Shown piece after piece: positions 60,562 to 64,000 of a stretch of DNA of 64,000 bases. Source of the DNA: a virus. The notes beneath the pieces were generated by a model. It was not told the DNA's origin, ran no database searches, and worked only from the letters and a program-made list of their open reading frames with translations. Positions within the stretch are counted from its first letter, which is position 1; every line of letters starts with the position of its first letter. The position numbers and the translations under genes were made by a program. The DNA lies in the IMG/VR virus record IMGVR_UViG_3300022916_000005, one strand, 5' to 3'.

Positions 60562-61212
60562 ATGACAAGTATATTATTATTACTAGCTTTCTCTTTCTTT
60601 TCTAATTTAGACTATTTGTCTCTAAAGACTATAGAACTATCAACACATTCGGCAATCATAGAATCTCAAATACTATTCCCCTCAGTAAACTCAAAAGACA
60701 TCAAGTCCCTGATGTGGATCGAGACAAGAAACCGTCATTATTTGAGAGGAACATCAGGAGAGTATGGTTTATTACAATTGATGCCGTATTTCTTTGAAAA
60801 GAATTCCCCACAGGTCAATGATACGTTACAAGATAACAATCATGAATTAATCAAGTTCGATACAACAACTGACAGATTGATGCCAAGAAGCAACATCTTG
60901 ACGGGTGTCTATGTTTTGTCTAAAAATAAGAAGAAATATAAATCTATAATATATTCAGCCATAGCCCACAATGCCGGGAACAGTTCTGTAATGAGGTTAA
61001 AAAGAGTATTAAAAAACAAACCTAAGAATTGGTATTGTCACAAATTGTCTTCAAGCATCAGAGTTAGCAGAACCTTGATGTATTCTTATAGATTTGCAAA
61101 AAAAGCAAGAAGAATGTATGAATGGAAAAAGTTGTTTAATATTGACAAGTCCCTTTTGAAGATGATACAATCAAATAAACTTGAGAACATGTGTAAATCT
61201 AACTTAAGTTGA
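60562..61212 (+). CDS. Lytic transglycosylase (SLT) with N-terminal signal/anchor
   Basis: WIET catalytic Glu, GEYGLLQLMP, NILTG, AHNAG. Confidence 0.78.
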   Translation: MTSILLLLAFSFFSNLDYLSLKTIELSTHSAIIESQILFPSVNSKDIKSLMWIETRNRHYLRGTSGEYGLLQLMPYFFEKNSPQVNDTLQDNNHELIKFDTTTDRLMPRSNILTGVYVLSKNKKKYKSIIYSAIAHNAGNSSVMRLKRVLKNKPKNWYCHKLSSSIRVSRTLMYSYRFAKKARRMYEWKKLFNIDKSLLKMIQSNKLENMCKSNLS

Positions 61213-61245
61213 GAACTATTTAAAATATACAATAAGAGGTGTAAA

Positions 61246-61926
61246 GTGAAAGAGTTAATTAGAGAAAGTTTGAGAAGACAGAAGAAACAAGCAAAGGAAT
61301 ACCATCTATTTAAAACAATTCTCGTCTTTGTCAAAGACCCAATTAACGAATCCATTTCGATGGATGGTATCATAGCCTCGCTAGAACAGAGAGTTCCTCA
61401 AAGATTGTTCCGCAATGTAGAGGTCATCTATGTTGGACAATTTGAAGAATTAATAGAAAGAGAAGTATCAGCAGTGTTTCTTGATGGAGCCATTTATTTA
61501 GACAACAACCAAACTTCAGAAGAAGACTTCACTACAGATATTGTACACGAGTTGGGGCACTCTTTTGAAGGAGTTGAGGGAGAATTTATCTATGCTGATG
61601 GAGTTCTTAAGCGAGAATTCTTAGAAAAAAGAATGCAATTGTTACACGTTTTAGAACGAGAAGGGTACAAAATTAAAGATAAAAGGCCATTCGCTAATAC
61701 AGAATACGATGAAGAGTTCGATCTTTTCCTTTACCAGGAAATCGGCTATCCTGTATTGTCAGGTTTGACAGCTTCTTTTGTTGTTTCCCCATATGGCTTG
61801 ACATCTTTGAGTGAATATTGGGCAAATGGTATGGAAAACTATTTATCTGGTAACTCTCGTGAAGTAAAAACGGTAAGTCCCAAGCTTTATGCAAGAATAG
61901 GAGATTTAGTTGATAATGAAAGATAA
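61246..61926 (+). CDS. Zincin-like HExxH protein
   Basis: IVHELGHS...SPYGLTSLSEYWA. Confidence 0.65.
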   Translation: MKELIRESLRRQKKQAKEYHLFKTILVFVKDPINESISMDGIIASLEQRVPQRLFRNVEVIYVGQFEELIEREVSAVFLDGAIYLDNNQTSEEDFTTDIVHELGHSFEGVEGEFIYADGVLKREFLEKRMQLLHVLEREGYKIKDKRPFANTEYDEEFDLFLYQEIGYPVLSGLTASFVVSPYGLTSLSEYWANGMENYLSGNSREVKTVSPKLYARIGDLVDNER

Positions 61927-62252
61927 ACATTGGAGAAAGAAAGAGAAAAAAGGAAATACTATAACAATTACGATATCTTTACCCAAAAGAAGGTTTGCAA
62001 ACGAAAGTAAGGTTAAGTATGGGTATTCTCACATTTGTAGAGATTATGATTTGCAAGATTATAAACTTATAAAGGCTGGAAAAACTGTCCTAAATTATGG
62101 AACAAAGGCTTTACTAGAAGCTGAATGGATGTTTGTTTCTAAAAAGGTCAAAGAAAATAAGCCCGAGAAGAAAAAGAACAACAATCCAGACAAAACAAAG
62201 AAACTTCATTAATTTGCTACTATATAGTATATACAGTCTATAAGGTATATAC

Positions 62253-62735
62253 ATGTCAATTAAGAAAATTCAATTAAACATCTACATTCCTCCCGAATGG
62301 AGAGAATCCTTAAAAAAGATAGCAAGAACAAAATCGTTTGAACAAGATGTAACTGTGTCTTATTCTGATTTAATAAGAATTGCTATTAATGAAATGTATA
62401 AACTTGATATGAGTGGTTCAAATAAAGGAGAAAAAGATGAACAAAAAAAAGACGATTTTAACAATCAGCGATCATCCGTTAACAAGCTAGCGGAAGTAAA
62501 AGTGGGTGAATTGCTGGAAAATCCTGAGAGTTCTTTGCACTACAACATAATTGGAAACAATAAGTGTGATAGTCAAAAAAGCAAAGAAATTGGACAATCA
62601 GCAGCCAAGCCTCTGTTTGGAAACAATGAGGAAGGTTCAGAGACTACGGTTAACCTAAGTTCTATAAAGAATATGGCAATGATCCGACAGCGCCCAACAC
62701 TTTTTGTAAGTGATGATATAGTCCGTTTTGTATAG
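62253..62735 (+). CDS. Ribbon-helix-helix-like protein whose frame overlaps the GT start and reads through the intron
   Basis: QLNIYIP...LKKIA...SYSDLIRIAI RHH pattern in the first ~50 aa. Confidence 0.6.
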   Translation: MSIKKIQLNIYIPPEWRESLKKIARTKSFEQDVTVSYSDLIRIAINEMYKLDMSGSNKGEKDEQKKDDFNNQRSSVNKLAEVKVGELLENPESSLHYNIIGNNKCDSQKSKEIGQSAAKPLFGNNEEGSETTVNLSSIKNMAMIRQRPTLFVSDDIVRFV

Positions 62736-63987
62736 AAATATACAATGTAAAAATGTAGCGAAATCTGGCGTTGGAATCCAACAAAAGATTATTTGTGAGG
62801 CTTTGTTGGATTCTGGGAAGTATCGAATTATTTCATTGGGTTGCGCGATCAAGCACAGATCGTATGATCCGGTCAAGACAGACAAGTATGGGGATGATTG
62901 GATTACAATTCCTATCGATGGATTTGGAAATATTGAATTGCTAAGGACAATTGTAAGAAAAGAAAAAGTAGATGCAATTCAGATGTTTAGTGATAATAGA
63001 TTTTTTAAATGGCTATTTGCAAAAGCTGACGAAATTCAGCCATTGTGCCCAATTATTTGGAATAATATTTGGGATAGTGATTTAAGCCCATTTTTTAACA
63101 AGGTTGATTATGAATCTATGTCGAAATTGGTTGCAATTTCTAAGGTGACATATAACAATAATGTTAAAGTTGTTCCGACAGTTCCTTGTGAATATTTGCC
63201 TCACGCCGTTAACCCAAAAGATTTCTTCAAGAACGAGAATGAAGAAGAGGTGCTAAATTTTAAAAAGCAAATGATACCAGAAGAATACTTTGGCAGAACA
63301 ATTTTCTTTTGGAATAATAGGAATGCAGAAAGAAAGCTTCCTGGGAGTTTAGTTGAGTGGTTCAAGACTTTCCTTGATAGGGTAGGGCACGATAAGGCGG
63401 TGTTAGTTTTGAAAACTAATCCGAAAGATGGAAATGGTCCCGACTTAGAGGAAGTATTGAAATTCTACGAACTTGATAAAGGACAGGTTTTTCTAATTCC
63501 AAATGGGAATGTTCCAGATGGAGCAATGGGAATGATGTATAATGCTGTAGATTGTACTGTTAACATTGCTCATAGTGAAGGATTTGGATTAAGTTCACTT
63601 GAAAGTTTGGCATGTGGCACTCCTGTTATTAACAACATGACAGGAGGATTACAAGAACAAGTATATAACGAGGAAGATGACAAGTGGTGTGGTATTGGTC
63701 TTGTCCCTGTTTTGAGAAGTATGACAGGCAATCAAGAAGTTCCCTATATCTATAGAGACTTTGTCGGCAAAGAAGATTTTATTGCTGCATTAACAAAAAT
63801 TCACAACATGACAAAAGAAGAGCGTGACGAATTGGGTGCCAACGGAATCGATCATGTCGAAAAGCACTATAATTACGAGTCACTAAAAAAGAATTGGGTA
63901 CGCATTATGGATGAACTAATTGAAAAAGAAGGATCGTGGGAAACAAGAACCCCTTGGGAACGTCGTTGGGCATTGAAGGAGATGTAG
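62437..63987 (+). CDS. GT4-family glycosyltransferase, spliced: join(62437..62479,62756..63987), 424 aa
   Basis: AAGGAG RBS; splicing gives MNKKKTILTISDHPLAKSGVG; NRNAERK and EGFGLSSLESLACGTPVI motifs. Confidence 0.9.
62480..62755 (+). mobile_element. Group I intron (276 nt, no homing endonuclease)
   Basis: P AATTGCTGGAAA, Q AATCAGCAG, R TTCAGAGACTAC, S GATGATATAGTCC. P1 TCCGT|TA...TAGCGGA with U-G at the splice site; terminal G62755; P10 GCTA/TAGC. Confidence 0.92.
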
Positions 63988-64000
63988 AAAAGTGAAAAGA

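Noticed and set aside
62728-62755. ORF-track start of the glycosyltransferase at 62728
   Set aside because: Lies inside the group I intron; the real start is ATG 62437 with an AAGGAG RBS.
1-64000. Stop-codon reassignment, as in some jumbo phages
   Set aside because: Conserved genes are intact under code 11, genes end in TAA, TAG and TGA, and no suppressor tRNA was found.

Overview
A 64-kb segment of a large, AT-rich, jumbo-type bacteriophage genome (genetic code 11). Nearly all genes are on the + strand, and no capsid, terminase or polymerase gene falls in the window. (i) 1-5 kb: late-type genes including ClpP and GroEL. (ii) About 5-44 kb: an early/host-takeover region with about 30 host sigma70-type promoters, many of them near-identical repeats. 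It carries DnaJ, a MoxR-like AAA+ ATPase with a vWA/metallopeptidase partner, three RNA ligases (Rnl1-like, Rnl2-like, RtcB), two metallophosphoesterases, a deaminase, homing endonucleases, 8 tRNAs and about 30 small SH3-like paralogs. It also holds 12 genes built from a 23-aa/69-nt HRIDGPA repeat (48 units), whose modules are visibly swapped between distant loci. (iii) 45-64 kb: late genes preceded by an ACTATTTAT-like motif, many with (L/I)-x-E motifs suggesting head-packaged cargo. They include kinases, HExxH peptidases, a DHH phosphoesterase, a nucleotidyltransferase, an SLT and a glycosyltransferase split by a 276-nt group I intron. The most unusual signals are: the shuffled, hypervariable repeat-protein repertoire; a non-coding locus behind four stacked promoters with four covarying mini-pseudoknots, a tRNA-like RNA and a nearby ~420-nt structured RNA; a stand-alone copy of the AAA+ C-terminal domain; and an intron read through by an overlapping ORF. 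All calls come from motif reading by eye; no database searches were run.
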